Shown here: one piece after another, positions 47,562 through 55,655 of the stretch
How the letters are laid out: the number at the start of each line of letters is the position of its first letter
Position numbering within the stretch: position 1 is the stretch's first letter
IMG/VR virus record: IMGVR_UViG_3300017914_000417
Coordinates: 1-62,851 of that record
Direction: 5' to 3' (one strand)
From: a virus
Taxonomy: Duplodnaviria; Caudoviricetes
Length of the DNA stretch: 62,851 bases
Notes under the pieces: generated by a model
Database searches by the model: none
Seen by the model: only the letters and a program-made list of their open reading frames with translations
What the model was told of the DNA's origin: nothing
Position numbers and translations under genes: made by a program

Positions 47562-47591
47562 TTGACACGAAGGGGTATTATGTGATACTAT
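47562..47591 (+). promoter_or_regulatory. Sigma70-type early promoter
   Basis: TTGACA-18 nt-TACTAT with TGn extension. Confidence 0.7.
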
Positions 47592-47596
47592 TAAGA

Positions 47597-47655
47597 ACAA
47601 TCAGAGTTTGACCAAATTTTTTCTTGTTTTCCTCCTTTGGTCATTCTCTGGTTGT
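47597..47655 (+). ncRNA. Leader hairpin with 19-nt U/C-rich loop antisense to the RBS of gene 46500
   Basis: Stems ACAATCAGAG/CTCTGGTTGT and TGACCAAA/TTTGGTCA; loop 47623-47633 is the reverse complement of 46487-46497. Confidence 0.5.
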
Positions 47656-47687
47656 ACCAACAACAACTTGTCATATGGAGAAACGAC

Positions 47688-48695
47688 ATGACATTCAATA
47701 CTACAAACATCAACGACTTTACTTCTAACGCCACAGCACCAGCCGATACAATCGGCTCGAACAAAGCTGACCTCGTTCTCAAGTTAGGGAACTCCCTAAC
47801 AAACGGAACATCACCTATCGACACCGAATCTGTTCCGTCACTAGCTTCTAGTGCAATGCTGGTAGAACTCAGCATCTCTGCATGGCGTGGTTCAAAGCTA
47901 GCCAAGCGTGAATCCGAAGAAGTAACACAGCGCGCCAATGCTGGCGACCGCACAGCCAGAGTGACCAAGAGCCTGTTACCAGATTGTGAGGAACTTAAAG
48001 CTATCCACACACATATCAACGCAATACGCGCCTACAACAATTCGGCAACTATGCCGTGGGGTAACATGGGGCAGAAGCTACTAGCGACCAAAGGCTACCC
48101 GACCTATCACAATGACATTACTGGCATGATTGCCGAAGGCTATCGTTTGGTTGACGCATTCTGTCAATCGTATGATTGGAAGATAGCAGATGCACAGGCA
48201 TCACTTGGCGATATGTTTGACAGTAACGATTACCCATCAGTGGATGACATACGCAGGAAGTTTGTATTCCGTTTGTCGTATCAACCGCTACCTGATGCTG
48301 GTGATTTCCGTATCGACATTGGCAATGAAGCTATGCGCGACATCCAAGAGAGATACAATTCTTTTTACGAGACTTGCTTCAAGCAAGCTATGGGTGATGT
48401 GTGGCAACGCGTTTACAAGGCTTTGTCTAACGCTTCCGAGCGCTTGGATTACTCTGACACAGAGGACAAGCGAGTATTCCGTGATTCGCTGGTTGGCAAC
48501 ATCATGGGTCTGGTCGATGTACTAGATGTATGTAATGTCACCAACGATACGCAGATGTCGGCACTACGCCAGCAACTGCAACAAGCCTTCGAGGGTATTA
48601 CCGCTGACGCATTGCGTGATGACGAGTACCTACGCAGGGAAACCAAGACCAATGTGGACGCTATCATCGCACAGCTTCCATCAATCGAAATGTAA
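47688..48695 (+). CDS. DUF3150-like protein
   Basis: GGAGAAACGAC-ATG; AMLVELSISAW, TMPWG, YPSVDDIRRKF..RL..PLP; precedes AAA/vWA pair. Confidence 0.6.
   Translation: MTFNTTNINDFTSNATAPADTIGSNKADLVLKLGNSLTNGTSPIDTESVPSLASSAMLVELSISAWRGSKLAKRESEEVTQRANAGDRTARVTKSLLPDCEELKAIHTHINAIRAYNNSATMPWGNMGQKLLATKGYPTYHNDITGMIAEGYRLVDAFCQSYDWKIADAQASLGDMFDSNDYPSVDDIRRKFVFRLSYQPLPDAGDFRIDIGNEAMRDIQERYNSFYETCFKQAMGDVWQRVYKALSNASERLDYSDTEDKRVFRDSLVGNIMGLVDVLDVCNVTNDTQMSALRQQLQQAFEGITADALRDDEYLRRETKTNVDAIIAQLPSIEM
47783..47800. repeat. Palindrome GTTAGGG-AACT-CCCTAAC (in CDS)
   Basis: Read directly. Confidence 0.9.
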
Positions 48696-48698
48696 TCA

Positions 48699-48716
48699 GT
48701 TAGGGTATTCCCTAAC
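48699..48716. repeat. Palindrome GTTAGGG-TATT-CCCTAAC
   Basis: Read directly; intergenic. Confidence 0.9.
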
Positions 48717-48740
48717 ATATTGTCAGAAGGAGAAACGACA

Positions 48741-49835
48741 ATGACTAATCAAGCTATCACAATGTATGCACAGTCTCTGGACGGTATCGCATCACTCATC
48801 AAAGCCAACGGCAACAAGCGCACTATCATCGTGCAAGGTGACATGGGTTGTGGCAAATCATCAATCCTCAAGATGTTGTCAGATATGTTGCCTGACCATG
48901 CGCCATGCTACTTCGATTGCACCACCAAAGACTTGGGTGACATCATGATTCCAAAGATGTCTGAGTTGGACGGACAGGACTATGTTCGGTTTGCAGTCAA
49001 CGAGGAGTTGGGCGTACATCTGGGCAAACCTGTCATCATCATGCTTGACGAGTTCGGCAAGTCCAATCCAGCGGTCAAGAACGCACTGCTTCGTTTGATA
49101 CAGGAGCGTGAGATTGGTGGCTACAAGTTGCACCCTGACAGCATCGTATTTGCTACCACCAACAAAGGCTCGGAGGGTGTCGGTGACTTGTTACCACCTC
49201 ATGCGCGTAACCGCGTCGCAGTCGTACCCACACGCAAACCAAGCAACATGGAGTGGATTGAGTGGGGCATCAACAACGGTGTTGACCACAGCTTGCTCGG
49301 TTGGGTGAAGGACAATCCGCATCTGTTCGCATCATTCGAGGATGTCAAAGACCCTGACGAGAACCCATACATCTTCCACCCGAAGGCACAACGCACATCG
49401 TTTGTCACACCACGCTCATTGGAAGCGGCATCCGATTGGCTACATTGTCGGGCTGAGTTCAGTGATGATGCGCTCACAGCTGTTCTCATGGGTACGATTG
49501 GTGAACGAGCGGCAATGGACTTGATGGCGTTTGTCAAACTGGCTGACCAGCTACCTACATTGGAGTCTATCAAGACTGACCCGAAGAACGCAAAAGTGCC
49601 TGACTCTGCCGCCGCAGTTTGCATGGTAGTCTATCGCACACTAGCAAGTCTGGACAAAGATTGGGTGTCACAGTGGATGGACTACATGGTGCGTCTGGAC
49701 AAAGAAGCACAGGGTATGTTTGCCAACGGTGTACGCTCACCCAAGTACAGCAAGCAAACAATGGTCATGACCAACAAGAAGTTCACCGAGTGGGCTATGC
49801 AGAACAACTATATGTTCGCTGGTGACAAGAAGTAA
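48741..49835 (+). CDS. MoxR-like AAA+ ATPase
   Basis: GDMGCGKS, IMLDE, ATTN, ARNR, TPRS. Confidence 0.85.
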   Translation: MTNQAITMYAQSLDGIASLIKANGNKRTIIVQGDMGCGKSSILKMLSDMLPDHAPCYFDCTTKDLGDIMIPKMSELDGQDYVRFAVNEELGVHLGKPVIIMLDEFGKSNPAVKNALLRLIQEREIGGYKLHPDSIVFATTNKGSEGVGDLLPPHARNRVAVVPTRKPSNMEWIEWGINNGVDHSLLGWVKDNPHLFASFEDVKDPDENPYIFHPKAQRTSFVTPRSLEAASDWLHCRAEFSDDALTAVLMGTIGERAAMDLMAFVKLADQLPTLESIKTDPKNAKVPDSAAAVCMVVYRTLASLDKDWVSQWMDYMVRLDKEAQGMFANGVRSPKYSKQTMVMTNKKFTEWAMQNNYMFAGDKK

Positions 49836-49838
49836 TCA

Positions 49839-49856
49839 GTTAGGGAATACCCTAAC
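49839..49856. repeat. Palindrome GTTAGGG-AATA-CCCTAAC
   Basis: Read directly; intergenic. Confidence 0.9.
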
Positions 49857-49880
49857 ATATTGTCAGAAGGAGAAACGACA

Positions 49881-51074
49881 ATGTTATCTATCGGAGTAAA
49901 TCTAACAGCAGAGCAACGACTGTCCAAAGCGGTCGTTGACATCATGGCTAACCCCAAGTATGTCGCTCTGTCTGGTGTCCTGATGATTGGCGAACGGTCA
50001 GTCACCAAAGCCAAAGCACCAACAGCTTGCACAGATGGCAAGAACGAATGGTACAATCCCGATTTCGTTGACACACTAAACGATGCCGAGTTGCGCTTCC
50101 TCGTATTGCACGAGTGCTATCACAAGCTGTACCGACACCTAATGACATGGAAACATCTTCACGAGCAGAATCACAGGATAGCCAACATCGCTTGTGATTA
50201 TGTCATCAACATCAAGATACAAGATGACAATCCTGATGGCTGGGCAAAGATGCCCGAAGGTGGCTACCTCGATGAGAAGTATCGTAACTGGGATACCGCA
50301 CAGGTATTCAAGGACATCTACGACAATGATGACGATGGCGGTGACGGTGGACGCGGTGGCGATGGCGGTCAAGGTTTCGATGACCACGATTGGGAAGGCG
50401 CACAAGAGATGACCGCTGATGAGCAACGCGAGTTGGCTCGTGAGTTGGACGAAGCTATCCGACAAGGTGCGCTCGTTGCTGGCAAGACTGGCTCTGGTGG
50501 TGACAGAGACTTGGCGGAACTGCTACAGCCACAGGTCAACTGGCGCGAGGTGTTGCGTGATTTCGTGACAACAAATTGTGCTGGCAAGGACTTCTCGACT
50601 TGGAAGCGACCTAGCCGCAGGTATGCCGCATCTGGTTACTATATGCCTAGTGCTATCAGTGAGCAGATTGGTGGGCTGGTTGTTGCCAACGATATGTCTG
50701 GCTCTATCGGTCAGCGTGAGATATCCGTCTGTCTTACCGAAACCAAAGAGGTATGCGATACAGTGCATCCCGATTGGGTACGCATCCTGTATTGGGATAC
50801 GCAGGTTTGTGGTGACGAGTTGTACCAGAACAACGAACTGGACACGATGATACAATCCACAAAGCCTGTCGGTGGTGGCGGCACTATGCTGTCTTGTGTA
50901 CCCAAGCACATGACCAAAGAGGGTATCGAACCTCAAGCTGTAATTGTCGTGACCGATGGCTACATTGGGGATTGGGGTACATTCAACTGTCCTGTCCTGT
51001 TTGTCATCATCGACAATCCGTCATGCAAAGCACCATTCGGTGTTACCGTCAATGTCAAGTCAAGAGATATGTAA
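49881..51074 (+). CDS. DUF2201-type metallopeptidase + vWA domain protein
   Basis: PTACTDG, LHECYH, MIDAS DMSGS, GGGGT, VTDG. Confidence 0.85.
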   Translation: MLSIGVNLTAEQRLSKAVVDIMANPKYVALSGVLMIGERSVTKAKAPTACTDGKNEWYNPDFVDTLNDAELRFLVLHECYHKLYRHLMTWKHLHEQNHRIANIACDYVINIKIQDDNPDGWAKMPEGGYLDEKYRNWDTAQVFKDIYDNDDDGGDGGRGGDGGQGFDDHDWEGAQEMTADEQRELARELDEAIRQGALVAGKTGSGGDRDLAELLQPQVNWREVLRDFVTTNCAGKDFSTWKRPSRRYAASGYYMPSAISEQIGGLVVANDMSGSIGQREISVCLTETKEVCDTVHPDWVRILYWDTQVCGDELYQNNELDTMIQSTKPVGGGGTMLSCVPKHMTKEGIEPQAVIVVTDGYIGDWGTFNCPVLFVIIDNPSCKAPFGVTVNVKSRDM

Positions 51075-51077
51075 ACA

Positions 51078-51095
51078 GTTAGGGTATTCCCTAAC
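51078..51095. repeat. Palindrome GTTAGGG-TATT-CCCTAAC
   Basis: Read directly; abuts RBS. Confidence 0.9.
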
Positions 51096-51107
51096 AAGGA
51101 GAAAGCT

Positions 51108-51305
51108 ATGAAACAGAGTAAAGAAGATATCATGTACGATGGGTCATCTATGGTAATCAACAACCTAGAACAAGTCCTGTCCAAAGAACTAGGTGCAGAC
51201 TTCAAGTGGGAATGGCGGTCTGTAGTCGGTGGAGACGAACTAAATCCTATATGGAGTCTCACACTGTTTGTTGAACCAAAGGAATATACAGAGGAGTCAG
51301 AGTAA
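51108..51305 (+). CDS. Hypothetical protein
   Basis: AAGGAGAAAGCT-ATG. Confidence 0.6.
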   Translation: MKQSKEDIMYDGSSMVINNLEQVLSKELGADFKWEWRSVVGGDELNPIWSLTLFVEPKEYTEESE

Positions 51306-51781
51306 TGGGTTATCGTTCCGAAGTATGGCTCACTGTCGCAGTACCAACACAGACAATCTTGTCAGAACTGGTATCAGTGTATGCGCTGGATGAGCGTGTC
51401 AAAAAACACAAAGTGCTAGATGATTTCGTGGTCAAGTATCACACGGACAGTTGCTTATTCTACACCCTGACCATCCATGCCACAGACACAAAGTGGTATG
51501 AGATGTTCGAGGATGTGCAAGCGGCACACTATCTGGCTGAACTATGTCAGAGTTTCTACCAAGAACGTGGTGACGAGTTTGCGTACGCTTACAAGTTTAT
51601 TCGTATCGGAGAAGAAACAGGCGACATCGAGCATGACTCACATGAGTCTAACAATGCTCTAGGTCAGCTGATGGCTGATGAGATGAACGACCACGCATGG
51701 TCAGTCCAAATGATTGAAATCACGAACACAGGTACAGATGTTAGGGTTTCCCTAACACCCAACGGTATAACAGTCGAGTAA
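51305..51781 (+). CDS. Hypothetical protein (MGYRS-type phage early protein)
   Basis: MGYRSEV...KWY...FIRIGEE. Confidence 0.7.
   Translation: MGYRSEVWLTVAVPTQTILSELVSVYALDERVKKHKVLDDFVVKYHTDSCLFYTLTIHATDTKWYEMFEDVQAAHYLAELCQSFYQERGDEFAYAYKFIRIGEETGDIEHDSHESNNALGQLMADEMNDHAWSVQMIEITNTGTDVRVSLTPNGITVE
51740..51756. repeat. Palindrome GTTAGGG-TTT-CCCTAAC (in CDS)
   Basis: Read directly; 3-nt spacer. Confidence 0.9.
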
Positions 51782-51792
51782 GGAGAAACACA

Positions 51793-52818
51793 ATGGCTTT
51801 ATATTACACAAACTACAGAACTTTCGCAGATGTTGTAGAGGACTATAACAAAATCAAACCTATCGTATCCAAGAACCACACAAGGGCAGATGATGTCCGT
51901 CCTATCGGTGACAGGGCGCGGAAACAAGAGCGCATTATCAAGCTGGACAATAACTGCTATGCTTTGTCGGATTGGGATACGCCTGACCAGATATTCTATT
52001 GGGGTCATACCGAACCACCTGTACCCAAAGAGACACGCGACTTTGCACCTATACTATGGCGCAAGCGTGGTGGCTCGGAGTATGTGCATATTCGCAATGG
52101 TGTCGGGCAAGCCGCACACAATGGTAGGTACTCATTCCTCAGCAGACATCTACCACCGCGTATGGATTTTGTCATCGACAACGGCAAGCAGTTTGTTCGG
52201 TATCAAGGTAGGCGGTATTTCCTACCCAAAGGAAAGTACTGGTGGCCTACTCGCGTGGATTACATGAACGAACATTACAACAAGGGCAACCAGAACATAC
52301 GCAGAGAGCAGTACAAGACTGGTCGCAATCCTGAACTTGTTTTCAAGCGTGATGGTGATAACTGGATTATCCAGAATGAACACTCACTACCCAAGCCGCC
52401 ACGCCAGTTGGTTCGCAAGGGTGTCAAGGCAAGATACGCGAAGGCTCTCAATTCTCTACGCGAGTATGTTTTCGCAATGGCGCCTGTTATCGTAGTGCAA
52501 GACGATGGGAGTTATTACCGCAGACATAATTGGGAGCAAGAGATGTCCATGCGTTCTGAGTTTGCGCAGGCAGTCAAGGAGCATTATCCTGAGTATGATA
52601 CGGATGACCGCTATTTCGCAATGAATAGCATTCCGCCAAAACTTGCACTAGACATCATTACCAGCTACAATGATTCACTAAGATTATACCTTGCTTATCA
52701 GTTTGGCATAGATTCTGATATCTGTACTATGTCCGACCAAGAAGATGTTAAGCGTGTCAAAGCACAATACAACCGCTGGATAAACAAGTTGTGTGGTTTC
52801 ACAAAGGTAGTTAGTTAG
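51793..52818 (+). CDS. Hypothetical protein (341 aa)
   Basis: AGGAGAAACACA-ATG; long ORF. Confidence 0.75.
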   Translation: MALYYTNYRTFADVVEDYNKIKPIVSKNHTRADDVRPIGDRARKQERIIKLDNNCYALSDWDTPDQIFYWGHTEPPVPKETRDFAPILWRKRGGSEYVHIRNGVGQAAHNGRYSFLSRHLPPRMDFVIDNGKQFVRYQGRRYFLPKGKYWWPTRVDYMNEHYNKGNQNIRREQYKTGRNPELVFKRDGDNWIIQNEHSLPKPPRQLVRKGVKARYAKALNSLREYVFAMAPVIVVQDDGSYYRRHNWEQEMSMRSEFAQAVKEHYPEYDTDDRYFAMNSIPPKLALDIITSYNDSLRLYLAYQFGIDSDICTMSDQEDVKRVKAQYNRWINKLCGFTKVVS

Positions 52819-52831
52819 GGAGTTCCCTAAC
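52814..52831. repeat. Palindrome GTTAGGG-AGTT-CCCTAAC
   Basis: Read directly; supplies TAG stop of upstream gene. Confidence 0.9.
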
Positions 52832-52857
52832 AAGTTGACATAAGAAGGAGAAACGAA

Positions 52858-53691
52858 ATGTCATTTACACCAAAGTTAGTAAAAGAAGTAAAAGCTAAGT
52901 ACAACAATGTCGAAGCAGGAGAGGAGTTGCTACTTCTCATCTGCAAGCTGAAAGGGGTGATGCCGACTTTGCACACCCATGTCACATCCTCTGGCACAGC
53001 GTACTTGTACATGAACAACCAGCCATATGTATTGGGGCGCATCAAGTACGGACAGTTACAGGACAGCACTATGGACTATATGTATGGTGTGGTCAGTCCG
53101 AATATCTGTAACGAAAAGTACAGTGACCACCGTGAGTTGTTCAGCACTAAGATGACGAAGAACGTGGACACGGCACTAAAACATGTAAAGAAGTATGTGC
53201 GTCCTATGTCTCTTACCGACATCGCCAGGCAGAGTACAAACGATTATGAGCATACGGTGCGTAGGCTAGTGTCTCAGAAGGTCAACACAGCAGAACAAAG
53301 CAAGCGCAGTGTTTTGCAAGACGAGTTGATGACCGAGTTGCGTACGATGTATCAGACAGGGTACGAGTTCAATGCGACCCTTGCCGAGAAGATACATGAT
53401 TGGATTGCGGCTGATGAAGAAGCATCCAAGTATGAGCGTAAGTTCAAACAGCTTGAGTGTCGTTTCGTGCAAGTGAAGAACACACCGATGGGGCAACACC
53501 TATCGGTGGCGCAGTGTACTGATATGCTGTCGTACAGCACAAAGGTAACACCCACAGACGTGTTCACAGCAACTAACGCACCCGAAGAATTGGTGGGTAA
53601 GTTGTCAGTCTTAACCATACTCGAAGATGAAGCGTATGTTGAGGATGTAGGCATGAAGATTACAGACGAGTTGTTCTATGTCGAAGGATAA
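52858..53691 (+). CDS. Hypothetical protein (277 aa)
   Basis: GAAGGAGAAACGAA-ATG; long ORF. Confidence 0.75.
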   Translation: MSFTPKLVKEVKAKYNNVEAGEELLLLICKLKGVMPTLHTHVTSSGTAYLYMNNQPYVLGRIKYGQLQDSTMDYMYGVVSPNICNEKYSDHRELFSTKMTKNVDTALKHVKKYVRPMSLTDIARQSTNDYEHTVRRLVSQKVNTAEQSKRSVLQDELMTELRTMYQTGYEFNATLAEKIHDWIAADEEASKYERKFKQLECRFVQVKNTPMGQHLSVAQCTDMLSYSTKVTPTDVFTATNAPEELVGKLSVLTILEDEAYVEDVGMKITDELFYVEG

Positions 53692-53980
53692 ACCTGTTTA
53701 CATGGTTAAGTTGGAGACAGGTACTCTAGCCGACCACCGAGGCAAGATAAAAGTCTGGTGCATTGGGCTAGAGTGTCCTGACCCCAACGAGAGGGAAATA
53801 TATGATAATTTTGAGGAGTTACCCAAATGGATACAACGCAAGATTACAATATTGGATATGGTGCAATCTCGTGAGAGAGGGAAGTTATCAGTACTACCAC
53901 CTAGAGTTGACGGTGTAGGCACTGCATTTGGAACTTCCTATCAGATAATAAAGGATGAAGATGATGAAGACGATGGATAG
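53678..53980 (+). CDS. Hypothetical protein
   Basis: ELPKWIQRKITIL...VDGVG resembles the C-terminus of the upstream ORF (APEELVGKLSVL...VEDVG). Confidence 0.65.
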   Translation: MSKDKPVYMVKLETGTLADHRGKIKVWCIGLECPDPNEREIYDNFEELPKWIQRKITILDMVQSRERGKLSVLPPRVDGVGTAFGTSYQIIKDEDDEDDG

Positions 53981-54155
53981 AGTTAAGAATAGAGCGAAGG
54001 TACTCACCGTTATTATGGGTTCTTTCTTGGTATATTTTTTCGTGGCTATGTCAGCCTTGTTTTGGATTGACTGGTTGTGGATTTTCGGTGTTGAGGATAG
54101 TCAACAGTATACATGGTGGGGCATGATTTACGCCCTTGCAAATGGAGGATGGTAA
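53973..54155 (+). CDS. Small membrane protein
   Basis: One long hydrophobic segment, Trp-rich. Confidence 0.55.
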   Translation: MDRVKNRAKVLTVIMGSFLVYFFVAMSALFWIDWLWIFGVEDSQQYTWWGMIYALANGGW

Positions 54156-54156
54156 C

Positions 54157-54564
54157 ATGACGAATGAACTGAACGAAGTGAAGAAGGAACTGAAGCAAGT
54201 GAAAGATGCTTTGCGTAACTTCATGGTAACTTATCACAGTCAGATGGCAGATATTGTAGCACAACAAAAAGATGCCACTACAGTTTTAGAGGAACATTGG
54301 GCGCAGATAAAAAGACGACCAGTTGATTTAGAGCAGATGCGGCATGTTGTGTACGATGATGTAGAGAAACAAGTTGAGCGTCATCTAGCAGAACACATGA
54401 CTGTTTTTGACAGAGCGATAGACAATTACTTTTTTGATGCGCGGCTTGTGCCTAGCAAACGGATAAGCGATGTCTTGACCGAGACAGACCCAGATACCCT
54501 TGATGTTACCTTGTCGGGTAGCATAAAGGATGAGGTCAAAAAAGAAATGTCAAAAGGTGCTTGA
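54157..54564 (+). CDS. Hypothetical coiled-coil protein
   Basis: GGAGG upstream; heptad pattern. Confidence 0.6.
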   Translation: MTNELNEVKKELKQVKDALRNFMVTYHSQMADIVAQQKDATTVLEEHWAQIKRRPVDLEQMRHVVYDDVEKQVERHLAEHMTVFDRAIDNYFFDARLVPSKRISDVLTETDPDTLDVTLSGSIKDEVKKEMSKGA

Positions 54565-54611
54565 CAATAAGCTAAACTATCGTCAATTATTAAATCGTGA
54601 GGTAAAGTATT

Positions 54612-54905
54612 ATGACGCCAGAAGCTAAAGTAAAAAAGAAAGTTGTAGCAATGTTGAAGGAGTACGGTTGCTATTACTTTTATCCAGTGACAGGTGGTTA
54701 CGGTAAAAGCGGTGTGCCAGATATCGTAGCTTGTCACAACGGATACTTCATAGGTATCGAGTGCAAGGCGGGCAACAACAAGCCCACACCATTACAGGAA
54801 AAGAACTTGTCAGATATTAAGAAGTCCAATGGCGTGGCGATAGTTATTAACGAGGACAATCTCGAACTTGTTAGGGAAACCCTAACTTTACAAGAGATAA
54901 ACTAA
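54612..54905 (+). CDS. VRR-NUC nuclease (Holliday junction resolvase-like)
   Basis: TPEAKVK...GVPDI...IECK...PTPLQ. Confidence 0.85.
   Translation: MTPEAKVKKKVVAMLKEYGCYYFYPVTGGYGKSGVPDIVACHNGYFIGIECKAGNNKPTPLQEKNLSDIKKSNGVAIVINEDNLELVRETLTLQEIN
54870..54886. repeat. Palindrome GTTAGGG-AAA-CCCTAAC (in CDS)
   Basis: Read directly; 3-nt spacer. Confidence 0.9.
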
Positions 54906-54907
54906 TA

Positions 54908-54982
54908 GAGACTAGGCTTTTGCTTCTCCTTCCCTAGTCTCAGTGGGTGACAGTTGCTTTTGTTGTTGGTGCTGTCACCCAC
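54908..54982 (+). ncRNA. Twin-hairpin RNA with loops antisense to early-gene initiation regions
   Basis: Perfect 9-bp and 11-bp stems; loops CTTTTGCTTCTCCTTC and TTGCTTTTGTTGTTGGTG. Confidence 0.55.
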
Positions 54983-54999
54983 CCTTTGGGAGAAATGAT

Positions 55000-55329
55000 A
55001 TGAACTGTCCAGAATGTAAATCGAAATCTAAGGTAGACGAGTCCAGAACCAGAGACAATAACACATGGCGTAGACGTACTTGTTTGTCATGTAATCACAA
55101 ATATCAGACAGTTGAAAAACTGTTTGTGAAACCAGTTACGAAACCAGTTACCGCGCCCACGAAAGTTAGGGAAAACCCTAACAAAAGAAAACGCAGAAAG
55201 AGTTTCGTGCCACTACAGAAGAAGCATGAGCCAGCAGTGATGCGCGAACCTGATGTAGACTCGATGACCGATGAAGAATTGGAAGCTTGGATTTTTTCAG
55301 AGGGGGCTAGCTTCGATGATGAGGATTAA
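55000..55329 (+). CDS. NrdR-like Zn-ribbon protein (no ATP cone)
   Basis: MNCPEC...KVDESR...RRRTCLSC...YQTVE. Confidence 0.75.
   Translation: MNCPECKSKSKVDESRTRDNNTWRRRTCLSCNHKYQTVEKLFVKPVTKPVTAPTKVRENPNKRKRRKSFVPLQKKHEPAVMREPDVDSMTDEELEAWIFSEGASFDDED
55165..55182. repeat. Palindrome GTTAGGG-AAAA-CCCTAAC (in CDS)
   Basis: Read directly. Confidence 0.9.
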
Positions 55330-55504
55330 AGTAGGGGAGAAGGGATACTTTCAAAAAGCGATTGATGCAGGTTTGTGTCCAAAATGCAAGACTAAAGTAG
55401 ATTACAGCGTTGACCCTACGGTCTGTAGTGTGTGCAAACTAGAAATGACTGGTGCAACAAAGGACGAAAAGGAATCTAGGCATGACAGAAGAACAGAGAT
55501 TTAA
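55316..55504 (+). CDS. Small Zn-ribbon protein
   Basis: CPKC...CSVC. Confidence 0.55.
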   Translation: MMRIKVGEKGYFQKAIDAGLCPKCKTKVDYSVDPTVCSVCKLEMTGATKDEKESRHDRRTEI

Positions 55505-55643
55505 GGAATGGTTAAAAACTAGTCCTTTTATGTGGACGATTGTAGATAGTATCAGTGATGAGAACGCATTGGTGGTATCTTTTGATATTGTCCGAACCAA
55601 AGATGAACGGCAGTTAGAGTTGCCGTTTGAACCCGAAGCCTAA
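55482..55643 (+). CDS. Hypothetical protein
   Basis: FKEWLKTSP; C-terminal QLELPF, a beta-clamp-binding-like motif. Confidence 0.55.
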   Translation: MTEEQRFKEWLKTSPFMWTIVDSISDENALVVSFDIVRTKDERQLELPFEPEA

Positions 55644-55655
55644 TGGAGAAATGAT

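Noticed and set aside
46425-49880. Upstream ORF-track starts at 46425, 47637, 48720 and 49860
   Set aside because: They read through RBS, palindrome or hairpin sequence; downstream ATGs with clear SD (46500, 47688, 48741, 49881) preferred.
54561-54592. TTGACA promoter before VRR-NUC
   Set aside because: Perfect -35 but no good -10 at 16-18 nt; it is also an imperfect inverted repeat (TTGAC...GTCAA), so left unassigned.
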